The notes below the pieces were generated by a model. That model worked only from the letters and a program-made list of their open reading frames with translations, searched no databases and was not told the DNA's origin. DNA of 64,000 nt, taken from the NCBI GenBank assembly GCA_963837955.1, contig CAWIPH010000002.1, forward strand, positions 1,354,966 to 1,418,965, in the 5' to 3' direction. The position numbers were made by a program, and so were the translations under genes. Below are positions 9,501-18,695 of this stretch, one piece after another (position 1 is the first letter of the stretch; each line of letters begins with the position of its first letter). Source of the DNA: an uncultured Verrucomicrobiae bacterium. GTDB taxonomy: Bacteria > Verrucomicrobiota > Verrucomicrobiia > Chthoniobacterales > JAFAMB01.

Positions 9501-11722
9501 GTGGTGTTTTTCAAGGACTCAATCGTGACCGTTTCGATGCAAAACTGAAAGTCACAGGGCAGGCGATGTATTCGGGAGACCATGATCTCCCTAATTTGGC
9601 TTTTGGTTATCTGATCCAAAGCAGCATTGGCCGCGGCCAAATCCGCGCTTTTGACCTGAGTGCTGCCGAAGAAAGCCCTGAGGTGATTGCAATTTTCACT
9701 CCGTTTAATTCGCTTAAGCTCTATCGGCCGCTTGGTCGTGACGAAGAGGTCAATAGCGGCGATGCGATCCCCTTGCTTCAGGATACGCAAGTACACTATT
9801 TCGGCCAAACCATTGGGTTAATTGTCGCTGAATCCTTCGAGCAAGCGCGAGATGCAGCTGCGCTGATCAAAGTAATCTATGAACCGAGACCGGCGGTGTG
9901 CACGTTGGAATCGGGGATGGCAAAGGCTTATCAGCCGCAAAGTGTGTCGGGGATGCCAGCGACCGTGAGCATCTTAGAATCAGGAGTGCCTTCGATCGAC
10001 GAAGCTCTTCGACAGGCGGACGTATCGATTGCTCAAGAGTATACCAGCCCCATCGAGCACCACAATCCGATGGAGCCGCACGCCACGGTGGCGGTTTGGG
10101 AGGAGGATCGTCTCACGGTCTACGATGCGACCCAGTGGGTGGATGGCCACCAACGAAACTTAGCGGCAGTCCTCGGAGTGGATGTTGATCACGTGCGCGT
10201 TGTTTGTCCTTTTGTCGGCGGGGCGTTTGGCTGCAAAGGGTCGATGTGGATGCACTCACCGCTCACCGCGGCGGCCGCCAGGGTTTTGAACCGACCGGTG
10301 AAAACAATTCTGACGCGTGAGCAGATGTACTCTACGGTCGGTCATCGCCCGACAACCCTGCAGAAAATCGAGCTGGGAGCGACCCGCGAAGGTGTGCTGC
10401 GGGCCGTGAAGCATGAAACCTTTTCGTCGACCGCGGTAGTCAAAGAATTCGTTGAGGCAGCGGCGCACCGAACCTCTCGTTATCTTTACAAATCGCCGAG
10501 TATCTTTGTCAGCCACCGGTTGGTTCCACTCGATATCGCGCCCGGCACTTTTATGCGAGCGCCCGGGGTGGCTCCCGGAATGTATGCGCTGGAGTCGGCC
10601 ATGGATGAGTTAGCGGTAAAGCTCGGGATCGATCCCGTTGAGTTGCGAGTAAAGAACCATGCCGAAATCTATCCGGGCGGGAACCTTCCATGGTCATCCA
10701 AGCATTTATTAGAATGCTATCAGAGAGGCGCAGACAAATTCGGATGGGCAATGCGCGACCCGAAGCCACGCATGTCCAGAGATGGTGACTGGCGGATTGG
10801 TCAGGGAATGGCGACAGCCCTTTATCCCGCACATCGCAGTAACGCCTCGGCGAAAATACGACTGCAAGCGGACGGATACGTCACGGTATCGAGCGCAACC
10901 CATGACCTCGGGACCGGGATGTATACCGTACTGGCGATTGTGGGGGCCCAGTCGCTCGAAATCTCTTACGAGCGAGTCCGCGCTGTGTTAGGTGATTCGG
11001 GCTTGCCGCCGGCACCGGGGGCTGGAGGCTCTCAGTCCACCGCAAGTGTCGGTCCGGCTGTCGTTGCAGCTGCCGAATCGGTCAAAAAGAAGTTGATTGA
11101 AGTGGCAGTCAAGGATCAGAAGTCTCCTTTCCAGGGCGCGAAGCCGGAGGAGCTTTCTTATGCGAACGGCGAAATTCATGGTGGCGGTAAATCGTTGTCC
11201 TTCGGTCAATTATTAAGCGCGCTCGGCCGAAGTGCGGTCGAGTCAACTGACTCAGCAGCTCCCGGAGAGGAAGAGCACAAATACGCTTTTGACTCTTTTG
11301 GCGCGCAATTCTGCGAAGTAAAGGTTCACGACCTCACAGGTGAGGTGCGGGTGAATCGGTTTTCCAGTGTTATGGACGTTGGCACCGTGGTGAGCGAGAA
11401 GACCGCCCGCAGCCAGATCATCGGAGGGATTGTGTTTGGTGTCGGAATGGCGCTCTTGGAGGCGACTCAATACGACGCTCGAACCGGTTGGATTGCCAAT
11501 CGTAACATCGCCGAATATTTGGTGGCGACAAACGCGGACATTCCGCCCGTCGACGTGGAGTTTCTCAATCGTCCGGATTTGGTCTTTAATTCGATCGGCG
11601 CTCGCGGAATAGGCGAAATCGGAATTAGCGGAGCGCCGGCCGCGGTGGCGAACGCGGTCTATCACGCAACCGGTAAGCGAATTCGGAAGTTGCCTATTCG
11701 GCCTGAAAATCTGATAACTTAG
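9497..11722 (+). CDS. paoC: Aldehyde oxidoreductase molybdopterin-binding large subunit (PaoC/YagR-like)
   Basis: 741 aa. XDH-family a/b hammerhead and MoCo-binding motifs are present ('GGAFGCKG', 'GIGEIGISGAPAAVANAV'). There is a 4-nt overlap with the preceding gene. Confidence 0.8.
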   Translation: MSGVFQGLNRDRFDAKLKVTGQAMYSGDHDLPNLAFGYLIQSSIGRGQIRAFDLSAAEESPEVIAIFTPFNSLKLYRPLGRDEEVNSGDAIPLLQDTQVHYFGQTIGLIVAESFEQARDAAALIKVIYEPRPAVCTLESGMAKAYQPQSVSGMPATVSILESGVPSIDEALRQADVSIAQEYTSPIEHHNPMEPHATVAVWEEDRLTVYDATQWVDGHQRNLAAVLGVDVDHVRVVCPFVGGAFGCKGSMWMHSPLTAAAARVLNRPVKTILTREQMYSTVGHRPTTLQKIELGATREGVLRAVKHETFSSTAVVKEFVEAAAHRTSRYLYKSPSIFVSHRLVPLDIAPGTFMRAPGVAPGMYALESAMDELAVKLGIDPVELRVKNHAEIYPGGNLPWSSKHLLECYQRGADKFGWAMRDPKPRMSRDGDWRIGQGMATALYPAHRSNASAKIRLQADGYVTVSSATHDLGTGMYTVLAIVGAQSLEISYERVRAVLGDSGLPPAPGAGGSQSTASVGPAVVAAAESVKKKLIEVAVKDQKSPFQGAKPEELSYANGEIHGGGKSLSFGQLLSALGRSAVESTDSAAPGEEEHKYAFDSFGAQFCEVKVHDLTGEVRVNRFSSVMDVGTVVSEKTARSQIIGGIVFGVGMALLEATQYDARTGWIANRNIAEYLVATNADIPPVDVEFLNRPDLVFNSIGARGIGEIGISGAPAAVANAVYHATGKRIRKLPIRPENLIT

Positions 11723-11724
11723 CG

Positions 11725-12639
11725 ATGGCCTGGAGCGATTTACGTTCAATTCTCAACCGATACGAACGGGAGACAGGCCCGTTCGTGTTGGCCACCCTCG
11801 TGCGGGTCTCCGGCTCGAGTTATCGTGGCCCCGGAGCCCGCGTCTTGATCAATCGCGATGGATCGTTTGTGGGACGCGTGAGCGCGGGGTGCCTGGAGGA
11901 AGAAATCGTTGCTCTGGCTTCGACAGTTTTTGCGACCGGAAAGAAACAACTGACAGCGTTCGATTTGCGGCCTCGATTTGCCTGCGACGGTACCGTGCAG
12001 GTATTCCTGGAGCCGATCGTTAAGCCACATTCTTTCTTTGCGGCGTTGGATAAGGTTCTCCGTCTGCGAGCGCCGATTTTCGTGGAAGTGACATTTCAAG
12101 GAGACGAGCAGGGGACTCATTTAGCAGAGAATCCGTTCAGCCTGAATGGGGGCACCTTTATTCAGCGAATCAATCCTCCGGTTCGCCTCTTTATCGTGGG
12201 CCGGCAATTCGACGTCGAACCTGTCGCTCAGTTCGGCCGGTTGCTAGGTTGGCAGACAGAAATTGTTCCGGACGGTTCTGGCCTTTTGCCGGCAGATGCT
12301 CAAACCGGGGCCGTTATCATGTCACACAACTTTGGCCAGGATTTCGGAGCGTTGCAGGCGGCTTGGCAGCAAGGATATCCGTATGTTGCGCTGGTGGGCG
12401 GCAATCGTCGTAAGTCACAGCTCTTTCATCTTTTGGCTGAGCAGGGCGCCCCGCTCGAGTGGATCGACCGCATTTTTAGTCCGGCCGGCCTGGATATCGG
12501 TGCCGAATCGTCGGAAGAGATCGCTCTGGCGATTGTTTCGGAAGTGCAAGCCGCTCTTGCCGGGCGGGCTTCCGGTTTTCTCAGAGATAGGAGCGGCTCG
12601 ATACATCAGTGGAAGGAGCCAGCGCGATGGTCGGCCTGA
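11725..12639 (+). CDS. paoD: XdhC-family molybdoenzyme maturation chaperone (PaoD/YagQ-like)
   Basis: 304 aa. The N-terminal 'ATLVRVSGSSYRGPGARVLI' XdhC/CoxI motif is present. It lies directly after the large subunit. Confidence 0.75.
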   Translation: MAWSDLRSILNRYERETGPFVLATLVRVSGSSYRGPGARVLINRDGSFVGRVSAGCLEEEIVALASTVFATGKKQLTAFDLRPRFACDGTVQVFLEPIVKPHSFFAALDKVLRLRAPIFVEVTFQGDEQGTHLAENPFSLNGGTFIQRINPPVRLFIVGRQFDVEPVAQFGRLLGWQTEIVPDGSGLLPADAQTGAVIMSHNFGQDFGALQAAWQQGYPYVALVGGNRRKSQLFHLLAEQGAPLEWIDRIFSPAGLDIGAESSEEIALAIVSEVQAALAGRASGFLRDRSGSIHQWKEPARWSA

Positions 12640-12905
12640 CCGGAGTGCTGCTGCGGCAGGAGTTTCGCATCGGTTGGGATTTTCCTAAACAATTGGCGCT
12701 GCTCAATGAGGAGCCGCTCATCCAGCGTACCGCTCGCATTGCTACCGGCAATCTTCCGCTAATAGTGGTCTTGGGTCATAAAAGCGAGGAGTGTCGTTCA
12801 GCGGTGATTTGCAGGAATGCCGGCGACCAACAGCAAATAGGCGGTAGCAAAATTTTGGCTAGCGGCTATTGGCGTAGCGAACGTCGAAGCGCTCCAGGCG
12901 TTTGA
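12627..12905 (+). pseudogene. Decayed MocA-like molybdenum cofactor cytidylyltransferase (frameshifted motif, 3' truncated)
   Basis: GGAAGGAG lies 9 nt upstream of the ATG. In frame the product reads 'MVGLTGVLLRQEFRIGWDFPKQLALLNEEPLIQRTA...VVLGHKSEECRSAV'. The signature LAAGxSxRxG appears only in the -1 frame ('AAAAGVSHRLGF', nt ~12650-12683). The ORF stops after 92 aa, against roughly 200 aa expected. Confidence 0.5.
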
Positions 12906-13174
12906 TTGGGGCTCGTGCGCTGAGGCTTTGGTAAATCGACAACCTTTGCGTGGGGTGTCTCCCCAGCCTCCGGCTTGACGTTTTCGACTTCGCCGCCGCG
13001 TCTATGGACTATCTTGGCCGCAATCGCGAAACACATGGTCCGATATTCGTTAGTGCCGTCGTCGACGAATATGACGCGTTTGTCGCGCAGATCCTTTCGG
13101 CCTTTTATCCCTTTACCTAAACCGAGATCCTGTAACATCGATTCGGCATGGGTTTGAGCTCGTTTCCAAGACAT
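12866..13174 (-). pseudogene. Possible phosphoribosyltransferase-domain fragment
   Basis: 'GRKDLRDKRVIFVDDGTNEYRTMCFAIAAKI' resembles a degenerate PRTase PRPP loop (hhhhDDGxxTGxT). No complete domain is present, and it overlaps the mocA remnant. Confidence 0.2.
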
Positions 13175-13274
13175 ACGGGTAAGGACGAGACCCTACGGAC
13201 GCATGGTCGCAGTGACCAGTAAAATTTCAACGCAATGTTTTGCACTATTCGCAGTCGCTTCGCAACGGCCAAGC

Positions 13275-14372
13275 CTAAGCTGGGCTGGTAGCCGGAACGA
13301 CTGGGTTTCTGGATCGCCAACGGTCCAAAATCCAGGCGACCAGAAAAACGCTGCTGATCTGCAACACGACTAGAAAAGTCGCATAGCTATCTACCCCGTG
13401 ATGGCGCGCACTGATCAATCCGCCGATGAAAATCGATACACACACCTGACAGGAGAAAATAGGAAGCATATGCTCGCCCACGGCCCTGATCGGACGCAAT
13501 GTGAGATTCCATTTGCGCAGATTCGGTAGAAGCTTGCTGGCGAACCAGGCAATCGCAAAAAAGTTCAGCACCCGCAACGGGCCCAGATGCCATTTGTCTA
13601 GAAACCAATAGTCCCTGGCCGGATCAACATCGGCATAAATGCAGATCCAGCGCCAAATGAGCATGCCGGCGGCCAGGAGGAGGAGAGCGAATTCCGCCAC
13701 CCGAGGCATTTGCGTTACCGGTTTCCTCTCCTGATATGAGCGGCCGAACATGAGCCCTCCGATCCAAAGCAATTGCCACGAGAAAAGGTCAAACGGTCCG
13801 AAGTGAATAAAGGACACATCCTGCGTGCCTTGCATCAGATGATCTTGGATCCGAAATTGGGAAATTAGCCAGATGCCGACACTGGCAAAGAAAACGTTCC
13901 TCCATCCCCACATTCGCGCGGCCCAAAACGCGAGCGGCGTAAGGAAGGAGAAGACGATATACATCGGCAGAATGTCGAGAAGCGGTGGCTGAAACAGCAG
14001 CGTTACCGAGCCGGCAATCGCGGCAGCAGGGTTCGTGAAAAATTGCGAAAGAATATTTTGGACGCCCGGGAGACCGGCAAGAAAAAGACTCCCCACGGCA
14101 AAGATAAAGAACAGGGTTATCAAGTGCGCTTGATAGATCCGGTAGGCGCGAAGAAAGGTTGCGGTCCGAGCCGCCTCGAATCCCTTCGTTTCAGCGCGTT
14201 TCTGGAAGAGTAGCCCAGCTAGGAAAGCGGAAACGAAGACGAATCCCTCGGCCGTGGAAAAAAATCCGATCGGCTGATCCGTAATCCGTCGCAGCGGCGA
14301 AGGAACGTGGTTGACCACCATCATGAGCAGCAAAAGACCCCGCAATACATCAAGTTCCACCAATCGTTTCAT
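13275..14372 (-). CDS. OpgC-like / acyltransferase-3-type integral membrane protein
   Basis: 365 aa with about 10 predicted TM segments. The N-terminus 'ELDVLRGLLLLMMVVNHVP...GFFSTAEGFVFVSAFLAG' matches the OpgC/acyltransferase_3 pattern. Confidence 0.65.
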   Translation of the reverse strand: MKRLVELDVLRGLLLLMMVVNHVPSPLRRITDQPIGFFSTAEGFVFVSAFLAGLLFQKRAETKGFEAARTATFLRAYRIYQAHLITLFFIFAVGSLFLAGLPGVQNILSQFFTNPAAAIAGSVTLLFQPPLLDILPMYIVFSFLTPLAFWAARMWGWRNVFFASVGIWLISQFRIQDHLMQGTQDVSFIHFGPFDLFSWQLLWIGGLMFGRSYQERKPVTQMPRVAEFALLLLAAGMLIWRWICIYADVDPARDYWFLDKWHLGPLRVLNFFAIAWFASKLLPNLRKWNLTLRPIRAVGEHMLPIFSCQVCVSIFIGGLISARHHGVDSYATFLVVLQISSVFLVAWILDRWRSRNPVVPATSPA

Positions 14373-14664
14373 CGCTTAGTTCTCTCCAGGGCAACTCCCA
14401 TGCCAGATTCGGTTTTTCTTGATTCTCCCGTGTTGTATTTATTTTTCGCGCACCCGTCGGGGTGTGCGCGTTACGTGCGTTTTGCATTTCCTCTCTGGCG
14501 TTGTACGAAACCTAGAGACGGACTATGTCGCGTTTCAGTCACCACTTATAATGAGAACGGCGACGAGTTTGTGACCGACGGTCCTAAATGCCGAACCGCC
14601 GGACCGGTATTTTCCAAAATCCCCGATATGGGATTCTGTTTTCCCTTTTTGTTGCTTGTCGCAG

Positions 14665-15453
14665 TTACGAAACTTTTGCTGCAGCGTCATCCCGGACAGA
14701 GTTGAGCTCTTTGTTCTCCTGTGTGCCGCGCTTAGGTGTGAAGAGATTTGTTGTGTTTGCCGCAACCGCAGCGACGAATGCCGCGACCAAAGGATGATTG
14801 CGGCCGGCTAAGGCGGCTCTCTCCGGCTGAAACTGAGTGCCGAAAAAGAAAGGATGATTTTCCATCTCTACCGCTCGGACCTCGCCCTGCAGGTCGACAC
14901 CGGCCACTCGCAATGGCCCGTTCTCAAACTTCGCCGCAAATTCTCGGTTAAGACCGAATCGGCAGTGATATGGCTCATCGATTACGCTTTGGCCGTAGAT
15001 TTCGGCAGTGCGGGAACCACTTCGCAAAAAGATTCGATCTTCTACCTCAACCAGCGCGCATTGCAGCGGTGTGATCAACGGTAGCCGGGCGTCTGGATTC
15101 GATTCTTGGTGATCCGCGTCGACAAGTCCAAGGACCGATCGAGCGTATTCAACTATCGCATGCTGAAAACCACCGCAGGTACCGAGGAAGGGTCGCTTTT
15201 GCTCGCGCGCAAACCGAATAGCGCGAAGAGCGCCATCCATGCTTTTGTAAGGGCTCCCCGGAACGCACCAAAAGCCGGCGTATTGAGAGAGCGCTTCATC
15301 CGAAGCTGCAACAGCTGTTTCAGTCGGTAACCAAACGATGACAGGCGGAGTCTCCACCCCGTGTGAAGCGAGCTCAACGGCTCGAGGAATCGCGCGATGC
15401 GCGGTGACACCAGGATCGTAATCTCCAATCAGGGCGATCGAATGGGTCGGCAT
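14665..15453 (-). CDS. Stand-alone class-I glutamine amidotransferase related to the CTP synthase C-terminal domain
   Basis: The nucleophile elbow 'FLGTCGGFQH' and C-terminal 'FFFGTQFQPE' match the PyrG GATase domain. There is no synthetase domain. The start is taken at 'MPTHSIALIGDY' (15453), with an alternative at 15483. Confidence 0.8.
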   Translation of the reverse strand: MPTHSIALIGDYDPGVTAHRAIPRAVELASHGVETPPVIVWLPTETAVAASDEALSQYAGFWCVPGSPYKSMDGALRAIRFAREQKRPFLGTCGGFQHAIVEYARSVLGLVDADHQESNPDARLPLITPLQCALVEVEDRIFLRSGSRTAEIYGQSVIDEPYHCRFGLNREFAAKFENGPLRVAGVDLQGEVRAVEMENHPFFFGTQFQPERAALAGRNHPLVAAFVAAVAANTTNLFTPKRGTQENKELNSVRDDAAAKVS

Positions 15454-15531
15454 CGAATTCTTTAGCACACCACATCTAAGCATTCAAACACGTCGGGGAT
15501 GCCTCGTGTTTAAGATCCAGATGTGGTCGCT

Positions 15532-16242
15532 CTACTGTGCCGTGAGTTTCTTGGGAAACTCGTCGTGCAGATACTCAGAAATGTCGCGCTGCAAGATCTG
15601 GTAACCAGCTTGACTTAAATGGATTTGATCGCTCCGGAAAAGTGAGCCGATCGGTTGATGGTCCGGACCGAGCAAATCGGAATAAATGTCAATATAGTCG
15701 GTATCCGATTGCGTATCCAAGAAGTTGCCCACCAACTGGTTGAATCGCTCGATGTTGTGAATGTACTTGAATCGAGCAGGACATGGTTTGACAGAAACGA
15801 ACGCAATCGGGAGTTCGGGCGAAGAGGTTCGCAGCATGAAAAAGAGTTGCCGGAAAGAGTCGAAGACCTTTTCCGGATCGGTTCCGGTCGCGAGATCGTT
15901 GTCTCCGGCGTAAATAACCACGGCCGATGGTTTCAGAGGGAGCACCACTCGAGGGGCGAAATAGAGACAATCAGTGAGCCGGGAACCGCCGAACCCGCAG
16001 TTCACTACCGCGTAATCGGGCAAATCCTGGGATAGCGTGTTCCAGAGGCGAATCGACGAGCTGCCGTAGAACACAATCGGTCTGGGCGGCGGATCAACGA
16101 GTTTGGCTTGCAACGCCTCGATCTCAGGTTCGAACGGATTGGTCACCGATTGCGCAGTCGCTTGAGCGCCCGAAAAAATCAGGAAAGAGGCGCTATAAAG
16201 CGACAAACACCATTTAGCGAATGTGGGCGCTGCTATCGGCAT
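15532..16242 (-). CDS. Secreted SGNH/GDSL-family hydrolase
   Basis: Signal peptide, then block I 'VFYGSSSI', block II 'CGFGGSRL', block III 'IYAGDNDL' and block V 'DQIHLSQAGY'. Confidence 0.8.
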   Translation of the reverse strand: MPIAAPTFAKWCLSLYSASFLIFSGAQATAQSVTNPFEPEIEALQAKLVDPPPRPIVFYGSSSIRLWNTLSQDLPDYAVVNCGFGGSRLTDCLYFAPRVVLPLKPSAVVIYAGDNDLATGTDPEKVFDSFRQLFFMLRTSSPELPIAFVSVKPCPARFKYIHNIERFNQLVGNFLDTQSDTDYIDIYSDLLGPDHQPIGSLFRSDQIHLSQAGYQILQRDISEYLHDEFPKKLTAQ

Positions 16243-16376
16243 GTTTCTCGGGGAAATAAATGAGCTGAAACCCCACTATAACCGCACCCACAAATCAATA
16301 AAATATTTTGTTTAAATCCGCCCCGGAACAACTTCTTGCGGTTCGCTGGCGAATCACCTAGAAGGAAGCGGTCGCT

Positions 16377-16871
16377 ATGAGTTTTTTTGATTCAATTATC
16401 AGTGCTATCCAAAGTCCGCAGCACGCTGGAAGCAATCAGGACGTCCAAAACGTCCTTAATCTTGCTCAGAACATTCCGGGAATCCAAGGAGCAGAAGGTC
16501 AAATCCTGAATGCCTTAGGCGGACCGATCCAGCAGGCCTTGAGCCAGCAGGGACCGGCCACGGCTCAGCAAACCGTAACAACGCTTTCACAAGGGAACGC
16601 CTCGGTTCAGGATCTACAGAATCTGTTCGGAGTGGATCAGTTCAACAATATCGTGAACCAGGTTGCAGCCCGAACGGGTATCAGCAGCCAGCTCATTCTA
16701 GCCGCTATTCCGATGGTGATTCCTGTGATCATGAAACTGTTAGCGACCGGCAATCATCAAACGAATGCCCAAGCCCCGAATCCGGTCTTGAATCAATTTC
16801 TAGGTGGACAGAACGGGGGCGCGCTCCTGAACGAGGTCTTTCAGTTGGCGTCTCAATACGGGAAAAAGTAA
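16377..16871 (+). CDS. DUF937-like protein
   Basis: 164 aa, Q/N/G-rich, with the segment 'VAARTGISSQLILAAIPMVIPVIMKLLA' characteristic of DUF937/YidB-like proteins (recalled pattern). Confidence 0.6.
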   Translation: MSFFDSIISAIQSPQHAGSNQDVQNVLNLAQNIPGIQGAEGQILNALGGPIQQALSQQGPATAQQTVTTLSQGNASVQDLQNLFGVDQFNNIVNQVAARTGISSQLILAAIPMVIPVIMKLLATGNHQTNAQAPNPVLNQFLGGQNGGALLNEVFQLASQYGKK

Positions 16872-16882
16872 TTGAATTGGGA

Positions 16883-16901
16883 GGGCGTTGTTGCAACGCC
16901 C
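16883..16901 (+). terminator. GC hairpin after the DUF937 gene
   Basis: GGGCGTTG-TTG-CAACGCCC, 12 nt after the stop codon. There is no T tract. Confidence 0.35.
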
Positions 16902-17470
16902 ATCCGACCCCGAGCCGGTAGTCCGCTGGCTCCAACCATGAGGCCTCGGTGTGAGCGCTCGACTGAGCTCACGACTTCGGGGAGCTAAACCACCCGCCGG
17001 CCGGTTTCGTTGTTTTCCAAAGGCGGCTCAGCCATAGGTATTCTGAATTGCCATGGGCTGGTTCCTGACCGCCAGGGCTAAGTTCGGCCGCCCGCGAGCC
17101 TTTTAGCTGTCAAGACAAGTTGACATCGGCAGCCACCGGCCGAAGCCATTTGCAGGAGTACGAGTCGCAGCAAAGCGCTGGTTCGACGGCGGATTGAACG
17201 GAATCTTGCCCGGAAGCCCTGAAATCGCAGAGACCGTCCTCCGGTGCAATCGACCTGTGAAGTCAATCTATAAATATTATAGGAGACCTCAGTTTTCCTC
17301 TGAGTCTCAAAATTGCAACAAGTTTGGTTGCATCTGCGAAATCGGCTCTCATTGTTGCCGGCGACTTGTGCAGTTTTGGCACAAGTCGGTCATTCGTAAG
17401 AATCGCAAATAGAATAAGTACCAGAATGCCATGGCCTTCGCCTCAGCATTCTGTAACAGGAGACTCTTGT

Positions 17471-18613
17471 ATGAGAAAAAAATTATTACTGCTTTTGGCC
17501 GCGGTCACCGTGGCAACCACCCTCGGGCGCGAAACCAGCGCTGGTTTTGCATCAACCAATGGCGTTAATGTAACCGTGGGGCTGCGGACACAGCCCATTA
17601 ACGATCTGGCCTTTGGTGCGCCGACTCATCCTGGCAACGGCCTGGTCTTTGGTGCGCCGACTCATCCTGGCAACGGCCTGGTCTTTGGTGGTCCGACTCA
17701 TCCCGGCAACGGCCTGGTCTTTGGTGGTCCGACTCATCCTGGCAACGGCCTAGTCTTTGGTGGTCCGACTCATCCTGGCAGCGGCCTAGTCTTTGGTGCG
17801 CCGACTCATCCTGGCAACGGCCTAGTCTTTGGTGCGCCGACTCATCCTGGCAACGGCCTAGTCTTTGGTGCGCCGACTCATCCCGGCAACGGCCTGGTCT
17901 TTGGTGGTCCGACTCATCCCGGCAACGGCCTGGTCTTTGGTGGTCCGACTCATCCTGGCAACGGCCTGGTCTTTGGTGGTCCGACTCATCCGATCAGCGG
18001 CCTAGTCTTTGGTGCGCCGACTCATCCGGGCAACGGCCTAGTCTTTGGTGGCCCGACTCACCCACCGATAAGCGGCTTAGTGTTTGGTGGCCCGACTCAC
18101 CCGCCGATCAGCGGCTTAGTCTTTGGTGGCCCGACTCACCCGCCGATCAGCGGCTTAGTGTTTGGTGGCCCGACTCACCCGCCGATCAGCAGCTTAGTCT
18201 TTGGTGGGCCGACCCATCCCTCGGCCAGCCGCGTTATGGCGAGGACCGGCGATTTTGTAATGCTTCCTCTCGGAACAGAAACCGGCCGTCATATCCGGAG
18301 GGGGAGTCTCGAATCTGAAAAGTCCGCCAAAGACTCGGAGTTGAGCAAATCGACTGTTTCGAATCCGCTCGCTATGCTCCCTTTGGGTAGGGAGAGCGGC
18401 CGACACATCCGGACCGAGAGCGCAAGAGATATCCACTCTGAGTCTGGTAAACACCAAGATGCGAATCCTATCGCACTGAACGGTCATCTGGGTATCGGCT
18501 ATGCGATGCTGCCTTTAGGAGCGGAGACGGGACGACACATCCGGAATCTGGACGAAAATAACAGAGCGACCGAAAGGACCGTCGTCGCGAGTGAACCGAA
18601 AGCGAGTGCGTAA
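17471..18613 (+). CDS. Secreted tandem-repeat protein: 17 x 'LVFG(A/G)PTHPGNG' followed by 3 x 'MLPLGxExGRHIR'
   Basis: AGGAG lies 8 nt upstream of the ATG at 17471. Signal peptide 'MRKKLLLLLAAVTVATTLG'. The repeats are in frame throughout. The ORF-track start at 17324 has no support. Confidence 0.75.
   Translation: MRKKLLLLLAAVTVATTLGRETSAGFASTNGVNVTVGLRTQPINDLAFGAPTHPGNGLVFGAPTHPGNGLVFGGPTHPGNGLVFGGPTHPGNGLVFGGPTHPGSGLVFGAPTHPGNGLVFGAPTHPGNGLVFGAPTHPGNGLVFGGPTHPGNGLVFGGPTHPGNGLVFGGPTHPISGLVFGAPTHPGNGLVFGGPTHPPISGLVFGGPTHPPISGLVFGGPTHPPISGLVFGGPTHPPISSLVFGGPTHPSASRVMARTGDFVMLPLGTETGRHIRRGSLESEKSAKDSELSKSTVSNPLAMLPLGRESGRHIRTESARDIHSESGKHQDANPIALNGHLGIGYAMLPLGAETGRHIRNLDENNRATERTVVASEPKASA
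17606..18229 (+). repeat. Coding tandem repeat: 12 units of 36 bp, 4 units of 39 bp, 1 unit of 36 bp
   Basis: Unit is CTGGTCTTTGGTG(G/C)(T/G)CCGACTCATCC(T/C)GGCAACGGC. Copies differ by 0-3 nt. The 39-bp variant carries an extra Pro codon (THPPISG). Confidence 0.95.
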
Positions 18614-18695
18614 AATTCGGATTTGCGAAAGGCCAAACGAGGAAGCGGCCTGAGAAAAAGGTATTAGTTCTTATTTTGGGAAGAAGAGACCCAGC

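Noticed and set aside
12263-12688. 141-aa ORF overlapping the 3' half of paoD
   Set aside because: It is out of frame within a well-supported XdhC-family gene. Only its last ~13 residues (AAAAGVSHRLGFS) are meaningful, as the displaced MocA signature discussed in the findings.
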